From positions 13,750 to 77,749 of the forward strand of contig CAXHJY010000719.1 of NCBI GenBank assembly GCA_964016885.1: a DNA stretch of 64,000 nt. The letters are read 5' to 3'. The DNA comes from Eledone cirrhosa. Taxonomy: Eukaryota. Shown here piece by piece: positions 1 through 12,510 of this stretch; position 1 is the first letter of the stretch, and each line of letters opens with the position of its first letter. The position numbers and the translations under genes are program-made. Under the pieces are notes generated by a model. That model saw nothing but the letters and a program-made list of their open reading frames with translations. It ran no database searches and was not told the DNA's origin.

Positions 1-1074
1 ATAATAAAAAAAGGTGGACTATCTCTTTGTTGTTATTTAGTTCCAAGTCAGCCATAACTAATGGCATTCCATTCATGACTATCCCACCTTTTGTCAGGAT
101 TTCCAACATCAAGTTATCTAAGAGGTCTTTTCTGTTTGTTTTTTTTTGTTGTCCTTTTTTTACGATAGGATATGATTTGAAGGCGCATTTGCTGCTATAT
201 GAATAGGGGTGGTAGTAGTGATATTGGTAGAGTCTTAATGTTGTTTAACCATAAGTCAGCTCTTTAAGGGTCTATGACTACATTAGCTAATATGTCCTTC
301 GTATTTTTTTAAAGGGATTTGGTGTGAGTTGACTGTTATTTCAAGCATATTGAGTGACAATGTAAACGATTCCTCGTTGGCTGAAAGTGGGTGGGTTAGT
401 TTAGTGCGCCAAAAGAAATTCGTAAACACTGCAGACAGAGAATTTCGTCAAATGGTTTTGTCTTTTTGTATTTATTTTATCCTTTTTTTTTTTACTATAT
501 TAACTCACACGACTGAGCCCATCACTAATCACATCGAAATGTAATTAATATATAAACATTAATCCCACTTACCACAAATTATTGACATATTTGCCCAAGA
601 TACGATTCAAAAATAATATTTTACTTTTCTTTTAAACATAAGAAGATAAATATCCCGAGAATGATATATATAATAGACTATGAAAATTCATTCAGTCATT
701 AAAAATGAATAATTGAAAGATAAAGGCTAAGTTACTTACATGATCAACAACTATCGTGTCTAACTATGCAATCCAGCAGGGAGCAATGCGATAACAATGA
801 TATGCAAGGGCGGATAACTCAAACAACGTTATGTCAAGTACTGCCGGATTTAGTTCTTAAATTATCAAACGTGAAGTAGTTGATTCGATCAGGGTTGATG
901 ATTATCATAATATAACTGAATAGTCGATTGGTTGACACTTCTCGTCTGCATTTAATAATTTTTTTACGGTCATCTACCAATATATATTTTTCTCTCTTTC
1001 TTTTCCTTTCTGTTTTCCCTTTCCTTTATATTATATTTGTTTGTGCTTTCGTTCTGTAAGCATTGTATTCCCTT

Positions 1075-1125
1075 TACGGACTGAGTTCAAATCCCACCGA
1101 GGTTAACTTTGCCTTTCATCCTTAT
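1075..1125 (+). mobile_element. Partial tRNA-derived SINE (same family as 38307-38490)
   Basis: GAGTTCAAATCCC B-box followed by GAGGTTAACTTTGCCTTTCATCCTT, matching the copy at 38307. Confidence 0.65.
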
Positions 1126-1127
1126 GT

Positions 1128-1516
1128 AAAAAATGGGTAATTTAAAAAAAAACCTGGGTAAATTTGAAATTTATAGTTAAAAAGCTGGGTAAATTTTAAA
1201 TATGTGTAAAAGTTAGATAAATTAAAAAATTGTCTATAAAATGGTAGCTTTTAGATGTGGGTTAAAGGTAAGTAAATTAAAAATGTGGAGAAATGATAGG
1301 TAAATTTAAAAAGAAATTTGAGTAAAATAAAAAAAATTGTGAAAAAGCTATGTAAATTGAAAAATCCTGGGGAAATATGAGAATAAAGTACAAAATTGTG
1401 GGTAAAAGTTGGTTAATTTTTTTTTTAATGTGGGTAATTTGTTTTAAAATGTGGGTATTTTTTTAACATGGGTAAAAAGGTGGGTAAGTTTTAAAAAACT
1501 GGTAAAAAGGTAGGTA
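1128..1516 (+). repeat. Degenerate minisatellite of AAAATGTGGGTAAA-like units
   Basis: Recurrent tgggtaaa/ggtaaatt motifs about every 12-25 bp. Confidence 0.6.
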
Positions 1517-1897
1517 CATAGAATAAATGAATGAATGAGAGTTTTGTTAGATGGCTTGTTGACAATGACACTGCTAACTGATTCCTTACCATATTTCTAA
1601 TAAAAGACAGTCCTCATAGTTCTCAAAATTTTGAAAATAATCAAGAATACGAGGGGATTTAGTAATATAATTAACTTTCTTATTATCATCAAACTTTTTA
1701 AATTCTTCAATGTGTATAAAAATATAATAAAAATTCATTGAACAATAATGATAAAGAAAAGAAAAAAAGCGAGGGTGGGGCTATTCACCACCATGTGCGA
1801 CAATCTGCTGCACCTCACACCTTAGGGGTTAACTACACACTTTGAGGCAAGCCATCATGTTCGCAGCATTACCACAGGTGATGGCGGGGCTAAGGCG

Positions 1898-2300
1898 CTT
1901 CTTCTTCTTCGAAGCATGTGGTTATATGACAGTTTCCCATTTCTTTACACAGTCCTTTGCATTATTATTAAATTCTGCGAGATCTTTTAAGCTCCACTGG
2001 TTGGGTAGTAGAGGGCAAACAAGGCAATGCTGCATTGTATGGTCCTCCTCTCCACATTCGCAGATGGTTGGGCCAGTCTTGTAGCCCCATCTGGCCATAG
2101 CAGCTTTTGATCACGCCATTCCTGGACCCATGGTGGTTCTGAGCCAGGAGGGAGGGCTTCAGGAGGGGGGATTCCCATGTCAATAGGAAGGGAGTTATGC
2201 TCTAGCTTTCTAGTCCATAGCTGTAGTCTGGTTTCTTCCTGAGATGTTGTATGCCAAAATAATTTCGGAAACCATTGCAAGGAGACATACGAAAAGCATA
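1898..2300 (-). mobile_element. 3' fragment of a non-LTR retrotransposon (Ingi/Vingi-like C-terminus)
   Basis: Minus-strand translation ...EALPPGSEPPW / ARWGYKTGPTICECGEEDHTMQHCLVCPLL...KKWETVI*, followed by a short 3'UTR and a (GAA)n tail at 1898-1910. Clade assignment is by motif resemblance. Confidence 0.65.
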
Positions 2301-2393
2301 GAGTTCACAAATGGCTATGGCATTATTCCTTTCTGATCAACTTTTCGTTAAAAAATAACTTAACTCATTTGGATACGTTTATAAACACTTTTC

Positions 2394-2945
2394 GGCACTA
2401 CCATGCTATTAGATGTCAGAAGTGAAAGTTTCGTCAACCTTCTCAATCGTAAACATCGTTTATTTCCGTATTACCACGACTTCTGACAGTTAATACCATG
2501 AACTTAAATGAATTTTCACCAACAGTGGAGTTACTTCTGACAGCTAATACCATGAACTATATTTTCATAGTCACAGTTATCAATGTAGAAAACAAGTCAT
2601 TTTCACCAACAGTGGAGTTAACTTATATGAAAATATAGGTGGCCCTTAAAAGGGCCAAATTAGAAAACAAATATATGATTATCAAATTTTTTTAACCAAC
2701 CCTATACATGAAATTGATAACCATGACTATGAAAATATAAATGATTAAATCCAATTTATTTGATAACCATGACTTGTTTTCTAATTTGGCCCTTTTAAGG
2801 GCCACCTATATTTTCATTTAAGTAACTCCACTTACATCGATATGCTTTATTAAAATAACGCGTGGTAATACGGAAATAAACGATGTTTACGGTTGAGAAG
2901 GTTGACGAAACTTTCACTTCTGACAGCTAATAGCATGTTAGTGCC
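2394..2945. repeat. Foldback/MITE-like element with nested inverted repeats
   Basis: 2394-2478 is the reverse complement of ~2861-2945, and 2611-2686 pairs with ~2759-2832. Confidence 0.8.
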
Positions 2946-3140
2946 CGCTTTTCTTTTTAGAATCATACACTGAACTTAGAATATTTAATCCGGAACTGAA
3001 AACTAGTTCACGAGAGAATATGTTTTTATTCACACCGCCTCATCATTATTTTTAATCCTTTTATTTTGATAGTAACAAATTTCTGTATCCTCATTTATTT
3101 GCGTTCGTCACTCGATGGAGTTTTCATCAGTTAGTTTCCT

Positions 3141-3391
3141 ATGACGATGGATTTGTTGCTGAGATGGAGACATTGGATCCGTCCATTAATAATGACTTTT
3201 TACGGCTTGTGCCTTCTCGTGGCCTTGCCTCTTTGCGTCGTAGAATTGCACAAAGCCGGGGCCGAAACTCATGTGGAAGGTTGGTTTGTCGGAGGCATTT
3301 TCGTCATGATGGCTCTGCCGATCTCTTTATGGGGAATTCTCCAACATCTTATCCATTATACTCAAGCTCATCTTCAACGTCACATAATCAG
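3141..3391 (+). CDS. TMEM184C: First coding exon of a transmembrane protein 184C-like gene (OST-alpha family)
   Basis: WRHWIRPL...PLCVVEL...WFVGGIF...PISLWGILQHLIHYTQAHLQRHIIR closely resembles the N-terminus of vertebrate TMEM184C. It ends at a consensus donor AG|GTAAGA (phase 2). Confidence 0.92.
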
Positions 3392-3504
3392 GTAAGAGAA
3401 TTACACTCACGCATACACACCTACTTTAAACGTACATTTATCTCGAAAGTTTTACATAGGAACATCATACATTTTTATGTTATTCCCCCCCCCCCTCCTC
3501 CATA

Positions 3505-3602
<98 letters not shown>

Positions 3603-3750
3603 AGAGTCTGCGGTACTGAGACCGAGGAGACCACTAATCATGGGAGTACTCGATGTATGGGGAGATGCAGAGTATATATATATATATATATATATATAAA
3701 TGAAAGGTATAGAAAATATTGTAGCAAAAAGCCAACAGTATTCCATAATA

Positions 3751-3801
<51 letters not shown>

Positions 3802-3840
3802 ATATTAAATAAATGGAAACTATATTTATAAAACCATATT

Positions 3841-3901
3841 TATTCTATTATATATATTTCAAGGGTACCAAAACTTTGGTACGCTTTCATCAGATAAAAT
3901 A
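3841..3901 (-). ncRNA. Type I hammerhead ribozyme (mirror copy)
   Basis: Reverse complement of 4041-4101. Confidence 0.8.
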
Positions 3902-4040
3902 CAAAGTTTGTTTTATAAATTTTGACATAACCAAGAAAAGATACCTTAACGGTTCAAGTTTTTCTTGGATAATCCAAGAAAAACTTGAATCGTTAAGGTA
4001 TCTTTTCTTGGTTATGTCAAAATTTATAAAACAAACTTTG

Positions 4041-4101
4041 TATTTTATCTGATGAAAGCGTACCAAAGTTTTGGTACCCTTGAAATATATATAATAGAAT
4101 A
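4041..4101 (+). ncRNA. Type I hammerhead ribozyme, minimal palindromic stem III
   Basis: TATTTTAT-CTGATGA-AAGcGTACCAAAgtTTTGGTACcCTT-GAAA-TATAT-ATA^ATAGAATA. Stems I and II and the core are intact. Confidence 0.85.
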
Positions 4102-4140
4102 AATATGGTTTTATAAATATAGTTTCCATTTATTTAATAT

Positions 4141-4207
<67 letters not shown>

Positions 4208-4926
4208 TATAAGTAGGCGCATATTACATACAATGGCAATTATATCAAGAATGCTCCCACCCTCTTTTCGTTATATTAAAAAACAAACACTTTCATAAAA
4301 ATATTATTTAACGAAAACATTTGCGAAAAACATCTCAAGTTCAAACTACTTTAAGGTGTTCTTTAAGTAATATTTGTACTTTTAACCATGCACTAGGCTA
4401 TATATGTTAAGGGTATTGAAAATAAAGTTGAGTTATTTACACATTAATGCTCTAATTAAGACGGTCCCATACAATTAGTACTAATTATAATTATTCATTA
4501 GGTCAGAGTTCACGAGGGATCCTCTAATTGGTCGCTCGATCTGTTAGGAATAGCAGCCAATTCCCCGTCAAATTATGTCCTACTGCTAAAACAGGAATGC
4601 CTTTGATCATGCGACTGTTCGACTCTAGGGCTAAACAACAACAACATACTTGGATAAATTCAGTCGTCGATAGCTCTCAACTCGTACGATAAAGACGGTC
4701 TAGCTGAGCTAAGGAGCGAGGGTATTTTAGCACGGGGTCGATCGACGTGCTAAAAATAGCAACCAAATATCTTTAAAATCACACCCCCACAGTCTTAAAA
4801 AAGAAAGTAAATATTAGGCTATCATTGACAATAGAGCACGAAATATATACCGAACTTGTCCTTTGGACTGAGTGCTCTACCAACTTTGGATATAAGCTCC
4901 CGTTTTTCCACTACTATATATTTCTC

Positions 4927-5114
4927 ATTATCATCATCATCACCATAATTTAAAGTCCATTTTCGATGCTTGCATGGGTTAAACGGGTCGTCCGCGTCAT
5001 AAGACATGTTTAGTATGATTGGACGCGCCGTACCTTGCTCAGACTGAATTATAAATTTGGCCTGGACTTTTACAGATGGATGCCCTTCCTAAAACCAACT
5101 ACATTTACAGTGTG
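4927..5114 (-). mobile_element. Old RTE 3' end remnant
   Basis: (CAT)n, gcttgcatgggtt and ggatgcccttcctaa.accaac.acatttacagtg motifs shared with the RTE 3'UTRs elsewhere in the window. Confidence 0.7.
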
Positions 5115-6129
5115 GAACTAGATCTCACCGTTATGAGGAGGGACAGGCCGGCTGGCTGCGCTGAACCCTTCTCACAGTAGAACCATAGTTTGGGAGCCAC
5201 ACCCACATTTATATTGTGGAGCTGAGGCAAGTCTGGTCAGTTGGCCACACCGTACCCTGCTCACAGCGGAACTATAGTTTATGAGGGAGATTGGGTCAGT
5301 AGGCAATGCCAAGCCTTACTTGTAAAAGTAACCATGTTACTGGTGAGCCACATCCAAGTCAGTTAAGCCACATGGGTTTTTGTTGTCAGGATTTAGCTGG
5401 AATTCCACTTTGTTGCTTCTGCTGTCAAACTTATATCTAGAAGCTTTCTTGAGTTTGGAAAAATAAACGTTGGTAGTCATGGTAATGGTGAGATGTCAAC
5501 AGTGTCACTGCCACTGCCAACTACAAATATGACTTACTCAGAGTTTCTTCCCTTAGCATGTGTTAAAATACAAACACAATGCTTTCAAACTGTATAGGGA
5601 TCTTTTTGTTCACGGGTTAAATATTAAGTAGATATGACATTTATACTTACATGGAAGAGATATAAAGAATGTATGACAAAATGTGCTGCTGGCAATAGAA
5701 GAGAGAGCGGATTTTTATATTAAAGCATGTGTTTGTTGTTGCTTTATGTTGATTGAACACGTGTTGCTCACTTGTTTTAGCTGTATCTCCTTTCATACAG
5801 GAGAGAGAGAGACATTCAAAACTGAAGCAACCGTGTATTTATTGCTTTAGTGTCAGCTACTATGTTAAATGCGTGTCGCTCACTTTCTTTGCTTTCTTTA
5901 TCTCTGTTTCTTTCTCTCTTTGTTCATGCATTGTGAACATACTTGCTTAGTTTCATCTTTGGCTTTCAGCACTCTATTTAATTTCACGTGTGCTTTCTCT
6001 CAAATTCTCACTTCTTCATTCCCCCTATTTTTCCTCATATTCCATCGTAGTGAAGATGATAACTCACGACAACGACAGATTGACAAACAGACAAGCAAAC
6101 ATATAAACAAATGAATACAGGTACAAAAC

Positions 6130-6245
6130 CCTATTCCTGGGTCTAAAGAACTCACAGGCCAAGTTTGAACATGGTTGGTCCACTGGTTTTTAAGTGCATT
6201 GGAGACAAACAGACAAAGAAATTAGCTATTTTATATATATAGATA
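6130..6245 (+). mobile_element. Possible Helentron/HINE-type terminus
   Basis: caagttt...ggtccactggtttt hairpin region, acagac repeats and a tttatatatatagat end. Resemblance only. Confidence 0.35.
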
Positions 6246-6344
6246 AATATAAATATGTAGCTATGTATATACATATGTATATATATGTATCTCTCTCTCC
6301 CTCTTCTCTCTCTTTATATATATATATACACGCACACACACTCA

Positions 6345-6490
6345 TACTCTAAATGTGGTTGGAGTTAGGAAGAGCATCAAGCTGTAGAACCCAACCCAAA
6401 ATCAGTTCTGTATGAGCAAGACATGGTCATCGGACCTGTCTTGGCTCACATCGTGACAACTCATCTAACACATGTTAGCATGGAAAACAA
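6345..6490 (+). mobile_element. Old RTE-tail remnant
   Basis: taaatgtggttggagttaggaagagcatcaagctgtag...catgttagcatggaa resembles the RTE 3'UTR core. Confidence 0.6.
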
Positions 6491-6499
6491 AAAAAAAAG

Positions 6500-7014
6500 C
6501 AACAGCAAAATATAGGCAAAATGAATCAGAAGAACAAAGATCAAAATGGCTTGCTGATGATAGGACAAGATGAATTAGATGTACGAAACTACAGCACAAA
6601 ACAGACAGCATGAATCAGATGCACAAAGATAATCAAGGCTTCAGCAACAAAGAAGAAGTGGACAGAATAGGCAGGATGAATCAGAGGAACAAAGATGAAA
6701 TAGGCTTGCTGGTGATAGGACAATGGAAACAACTATTCACCAAGAGGAATCAGATGAACAAGAAATCATTAAGACAGCAAATGGAGAGAAATAGAGCAGC
6801 TCAAAGGTGGGCATGAAGAAACTGAAGCTCAAACAACACAAAGTAAACAGAGAGCAAGAACAGAAGATTTATGATTTAGAAGGGTTGCCAAGTGGAACTT
6901 TGCTGCCTTTAGTTACAATCTACATCAAGACTATGCCTCAAAACTTTTAATTTGAATTTCCTCAATGAACAGAATTTGTCTAAATTGTGATGCAAAAAAA
7001 TGGAATGGTGGGTC
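6500..7014 (+). pseudogene. Helitron Rep/helicase N-terminal region, left part
   Basis: Charged repeats, then MNRICLNCDAKKWNGG. The frame continues at 12921 (STGLCCLNGKIK). Confidence 0.65.
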
Positions 7015-7438
7015 TGTAGTGAACAGAATTAAATGTATTTTCCTTTGTGATTAAATGTGTTTTCCTTTGGCAGAAGATTGGTGGCACAGAGGTAAATTGG
7101 CTGAAGTGTGAGCCAATCAAGGCCCTCAGTGGATTGAGACAAGTTGCTGGACTACTTGAACCAGAGACACAGTTGGCTGACAAGGCAGAGAGAAAGATTT
7201 CACTGAACAACCTGGTAGCATCAAGACGTCCGACATTTGATATGCCACATTATTTCACATCTCCACAGGAATATGCAGCCAATACAATGTGAAGACTTGC
7301 TCAACCTTCTCTTGTTATTTCGATTCCATATTTGTACAACAAATAAAAGGGAATTTTTGTTATAATGGATTATGTCGTTTTCATCATTGCCTTCTGAATC
7401 GATAACTATATTATCTCCAGCGACACATAATCCATGCA
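7015..7438 (+). repeat. Inverted LTR copy
   Basis: Starts TGTAGTGAAC and is the reverse complement of 12515-12916. Confidence 0.9.
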
Positions 7439-7442
7439 AAAA

Positions 7443-7766
7443 ACAACAAAAATTCCCTTTTATTTGTTGTACAAATATGGAATCAAAATAACAAGAGAAG
7501 GTTGAGCAAGTCTTCACATCGTATTGGCTGCATATTCCAGTGGAGATGTGAAATAATGTGGCATATCAAATGTCGGACGTCTTGATGCTACCAGGTTGTT
7601 CAGTGAACTAGTCTCTGCCCTGTCAGCCAACTGTGTCTCTGGTCCAAATAGTCCAGCAACTTGTCTCAATCCACTTAGGGCCTTGATTGGCTCCCACTTC
7701 AGCCAATTTACCTCTGTGCCACCATTCTTCCGCCAAAGGAAAATACATTTAATTATGTTCACTACA
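7443..7766 (-). repeat. 3' LTR (truncated at its distal end)
   Basis: Direct repeat of ~12595-12916, preceded by a polypurine tract on the minus strand. Confidence 0.9.
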
Positions 7767-8183
7767 GTACCCTCCGTTTAGATCGAAGATCGATATCAAT
7801 ACATGAGTAGTGCTAAATATGCAATATGTCTACATGACATCAAACAATAAATAATCGTCGGGTACACCGAGAAAACACATACATGAATACAACCAAGAAA
7901 AATGAAACATAACATAATTGAACAAGCAAAAGTAATTTTTTACATAAGAGTCAAAAGTTTGAACAATATCACAGTTCATATATAGATTGTTTTACTCAAT
8001 CTCTGAGGCCAATGTACTCTACGACCACTACGAGTCGTCGTAACACATGTGGGTGAAGGTAATGAAGGTGTGTGTGATATTGTGGGTGAGTATGCTTGTG
8101 AAGGTTCAACATCAATGTATTGTATGTAGGGGGTGTTTGGGGTTCAACTGGTGGAGCGTCTGTAAAGGCCTGTTTAATCCTAT

Positions 8184-9130
8184 CTACAGAAACTGTTTCC
8201 TACCACAAATGTCTATGGTAAAAAGTTTGTCCGTTTTTGCCAGGACACGGTAGGGTCCTGTATAGGGTGGTACAAGTGGTCCTTTCACTGAGTCTTTATG
8301 TAGAAAAACGTGAGTCCAAGAAGTAATGTTTTTAGTAACCAAAGATTTAATCGTCTGTTGACGTGTTCCCATAGGCGGAAGATCATTGAAATATGATCGC
8401 AATCGGTTAATATATAACGTAGGATCTTCCCGCGATGCGTCGACTGGGACTAACATCTGTCCCGGTAAGGATAAAGGTGTTCCGTACAGCAATTCCGCTG
8501 GGGAATATCCGAGATCCTCCCTGACCACTGCGCAACAGCCAAGAAGAACAATTGGTAGATATTCACTCCATCTTTGCTGGTCGGGATAAGCATGCAATGC
8601 TGCTTTTAATTGTTGATGAAAGTGTTCTATCATGCCATTTGACGCCAGGTGGTAACTAGTAATTCTAATACAATGTATCCCTAAGATTTTAGAAAGTTCA
8701 TGGAAGAGATGTGATTCAAATTGTCCGCCATGGTCAGTGGTGATCGTGGAAGGGACACTGTATCGCGAAATCCAGCCAGACATCAGAGCTCGTGCTACCG
8801 ATTCTGCTGAAATCTCTTCGAGAGGAATGGCTTCAGGCCAACGTGTAAAACGGTTGATGCACGTAAGAAGGTATGTTTATCCATGACTGACCGGCCAAGG
8901 TCCAACTAGGTCGATATGAATATGGTCAAAGCGGGCATCTGGAGCGTTGAATGTGCCCAGAGGTGCTTGAATGTGTTTGTGCACCTTAGACTTCTGGCAA
9001 GGTATGCAGGAACGAGACCATGCAGTGATATCTCGTCTCATATTTGGCCAAAAGAATCTAGCCGTAATGAGTTTCACTGATGAATGGATTCCAAGGTGTG
9101 AGAGCTTGTGTAACGTATCGAAAACTGTTC
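8184..9130 (-). pseudogene. Gypsy integrase (frameshifted)
   Basis: H..H/C..C zinc motif (FFWPNMRRDI...CIPCQKSK), HIDLVGP, TTDHGGQFES, SNGMIEHFH, C-terminal PYTGPY. Confidence 0.9.
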
Positions 9131-9329
9131 ACCGATGAAGTTCCGGAACGAAGGGTTGAGGTGAATCAGTCGATATGTCACACAGGATGCTTGTGTCAGA
9201 ATTGTGCACAGGTAATTGTTTGAATTTGCACGTCGCAATTTTGGTTGCAGATTAATCCAAATCGTCCAAAGCAGGCTGGTCAGCAGCGAGCAAACGTAGA
9301 TCAATATCAGTTTTTGTCGATTAGGTAAA

Positions 9330-10532
9330 CGAGATAATGCATCTGCCGCTAAATTCTGTGATTCAGGAATATGGCGTATATCACTAGTGAATTGTGATAC
9401 ATAATCTAAATGTCGAGTTTCACGTGGCGAGTATCTTTCGGGTTTCGCTTTGAGAGCAAATGTCAAAGGACGATGGGCCGGGAAAATCGTAAACGGGCGT
9501 CCTTCCAACGAATGCTGGAAGTGTTTGATTGCCAAGTACATCGCTAACAGTTCTCTGCCGAAAGTACTGTATCAGGTTTCAGCGGGTTTAAGCTGTTTTG
9601 AGAAATATGCAAGTGGTTGCATCTTCTGGTTGTGGTACTGTTGCAAAACTGCACCTACTGCTGTGCCTGATGTATCAACGACCAGTGAAAACTGGGCATC
9701 AGGCACAGGATGTGCAAGCAGGGTGACATCAGCTAATTCCTGTTTCACTCTGGAATAAGCTTCGAGTTGAGCAGGGTCTAAAGAAATAGATTCGTTTTTC
9801 TTTTTTCGATTCCGCAACAGTTCAGAAAAAGGTGCTATGCGCTCAGGACATGGAATAAAACGACGGTAATAATTTAGCAGTCCCAAGAACTGACGTAATT
9901 GACGTAATGATGTAGGAGGAGGTAATTCTTGAAGAGCTTTCACTTTATCTGGTGGAGGTGATATGCCTGTAGGACTAATGGTGTGTCCTAGAAAAACTAG
10001 CGAAGACGCACCAAATATACACTTCGCGGGGTTAATGCGAACTTGGTACTTCTTAAAACATTGAAATAACAAACGAAGGTGTTTAACATGTTCCTCTGGA
10101 GATGTGCTAGCAACGAGTACGTCGTCTATATAGCAGTATACAAAATCCAGGTCTCTGGTGATTTCGTCCATGAAGCGTTGAAAGGTACTAGCGGCGTTGC
10201 GTAGACCAAAGGGCATCGTTAGGAACTCAAAAGCACCAAAGGGTGTAGTGATAGCAGTCTTCGGAATATCAGCTGGATTAAGTGGCATCTGATGATACGC
10301 TCTGACTAAATCCAGTTTAGAAAAAACTGTGCATCCATGTAAGGAAGAAGCAAAATCCTGAATGTGTGGGATCGGGTACCGTCATCACGTTTAATTGGCG
10401 AAAGTCCCCAGTCGGACGCCAATCGCCGGAACGCTTTGGAACCAAATGCAAAGGAGAGGCCCACGGACTGGAGGAAGGGCGTATGATCCCCAGCTGCAGC
10501 ATGTGGTTAAATTCAGCCTTCGCCGCTTTCAA
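9330..10532 (-). pseudogene. Gypsy reverse transcriptase / RNase H (frameshifted)
   Basis: [57 protein letters not shown]. Confidence 0.93.
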
Positions 10533-11016
10533 TTTCTTCGCAGAGAGGCAGTGAGAGCGTGAAAATACAGGAGCGCCAAGTTTCGAAATGTTTTGTGGAG
10601 TGAGTAGGCTTGCTTACCACAAAATTCAAATTTGTCAATTCCGGGAAGGAATTTAGAAGCGACTGGAAAGGGTCCTCGGAAGCGGCGATGAAGAGTACCG
10701 GGCTGATAGATGAGACAGTAGATCTCAAACCCAGAACGGAGAGTTCCGTATTAGCATCCAACAACCGGCGTCTGTGCATATCCACTAAGAGGTTATAGTG
10801 GTGCAGGAAATCCGAGCCTAGAATAGGGTAAGGCAAATCAACGACTGTGAAAATCCATGTGAAGTCTCTTCGCAATTCCAGGTTCAAAGAACGAGAAATT
10901 TGACCATATGTGGAAATAGGAGAATGATTTACGGCTTCCAGAGAAATGGATGAAACTAGCGGCTTCTCCTTGAGAAGTTTTAGCGGCCATATGCTGCAAA
11001 CAGCGCCTGTATCCAT
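10513..11016 (-). pseudogene. Gypsy aspartic protease
   Basis: DTGA catalytic motif and ILGSDFL. Confidence 0.88.
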
Positions 11017-11055
11017 CGAGCTTGGGAAAACATGTCAGTTATGAAGAACGCACGA

Positions 11056-11871
11056 TTATTTGGGAGTGTCAGAGGAGACTGTGCCGTGCTCAGGTCTCCT
11101 GAAATTCGTTTCCCTGGTTGGAAAAGGAACAGGGCTGTCTACAACAGCGTGCCGCCACGCCAAAAAGGCTGTGATAGTATCACAGTCCTGGCTTGCTGTG
11201 TGGCGGTGGCGTGGTGCAGGCGAACGGCTCTGTAAACGACATCTGGGCGATTGAGCCCTGGAGAAACTCAATCTTCTCACCTTTTTGGTGAGTTGTGCTA
11301 TGGCTTGAAGAATTGCTGTAGACGTGAGCGACTGATCGGTGTGAACAGCAGCCGCTGGAGAGAACGAAGAGACCTCAGCCGGCGGCTGAGGTGTAGAGAA
11401 GGAGGCAGGCTTTCCTGTGAAACTCATTATTTTGTCTGCCGAAGATGCCAGTTGCTCGACTGAGCTAGTCTCCATCATAGGCGCCAATATCGCCTGGACA
11501 TTGGGCGGCAGCCTCGAAAAGAAAAGCTGTCTCAGGAGGGCGCTGTCAGCTGGAGCGTCCTCCGCCAGTTCTTTCATTCGACGCAGGAACTGGCTCGGCG
11601 TCCGATCACCCAAATGCTCGTCATTTACTAGGGTTTGAAATCTCTTCTCTGCGGACAACAAGGTACGCTGCAGAACCTCGCGCTTAACGCTCTCATAGGT
11701 GGCTCCCGGGGCCGGATCAGTAATCAGATCCTTAACAACTGTCGTTAAAGACGCCGGGTAAGCATTCAAAAGAATATGTAGTTGTCTGTCTTCGGACGTT
11801 ATGCCATTCGCAGCAAAATGCGATTCAATCTGTGCGAACCAGACACGGACGTCGCCTGCAAACGCTGGCAA
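11056..11871 (-). pseudogene. Gypsy gag-like ORF
   Basis: WFAQIESHF...LGDRTPSQFLRRM...LPPNVQAIL...LASSADKI, located upstream of PR. Confidence 0.85.
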
Positions 11872-12510
11872 TGAAGTTCTACCTCTCGTGAATTAAGGTA
11901 TGCCTGTAAGCAATAGAGAACAACAGGGAAATTGCAGGCCAAAAGGAATCCAAGGGAAAAGAAAAATATAAAATAAAAACAATGATATTTTCTTTCGTTG
12001 TTGAAGAGACAAATGTTAAGAATAAAAAAAAAAAAAATTTTCTTTTCTTTTATATTTTTCAAAATGCCGTTGCCCTAAAGTCAATTTGCCGGGAAAACAA
12101 ACGAAGAAGACGGAAGTCAGCCATTATGAGCTCTCCGGAAATGAAGGCAAAAATCTTTTTTTTTTAATACGGCGTCACCCAATCAGAATTTGAAGAAGAC
12201 GGCCGGCGCCATGATGGATTTCCCGTGCAATATTTAGATTTCAAGGCAGTAAAAAAAATAAATACCATAACTCACGCTGTCGCGTACATTTCCCAAGAAG
12301 TCCATATGAATTTTGATTTTTTTTTTTTTTAATCATATATTTCAATCGAGCTGCTGCTATGGTATGTGTCCATCAGAGAGAGAAAAAATTTTGTTGTCCA
12401 TAATTTTCTTAATCGGTTCCAAATTTTTTTTTTTGTATAAAGTAAATCCGTATCACCATTTATTAGGTAGAGTGGTGAGTGGCATGTTGATCATGTCGGC
12501 AGGTCACCAT

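Larger units (their letters stand above)
3797..4145. mobile_element. Near-perfect 349-bp palindrome derived from a Penelope-like terminal repeat, inside (TA)n
   Basis: Centre at 3971 with one mismatch seen. The arms are homologous to the ends of the PLE cassette at 33320-36142. Confidence 0.85.

Noticed and set aside
3085-3140. CTGATGA on the minus strand upstream of the ATG as a possible HHR
   Set aside because: GAAC instead of GAAA, and no stem I pairing
3601-3672. 70-bp island with TCCTCG on the minus strand as a possible HDV-like ribozyme
   Set aside because: P1, P3 and P4 could not be assembled. Left unexplained
3813-4129. Twin 79-aa ORFs on opposite strands
   Set aside because: A consequence of the palindrome, with no protein motif
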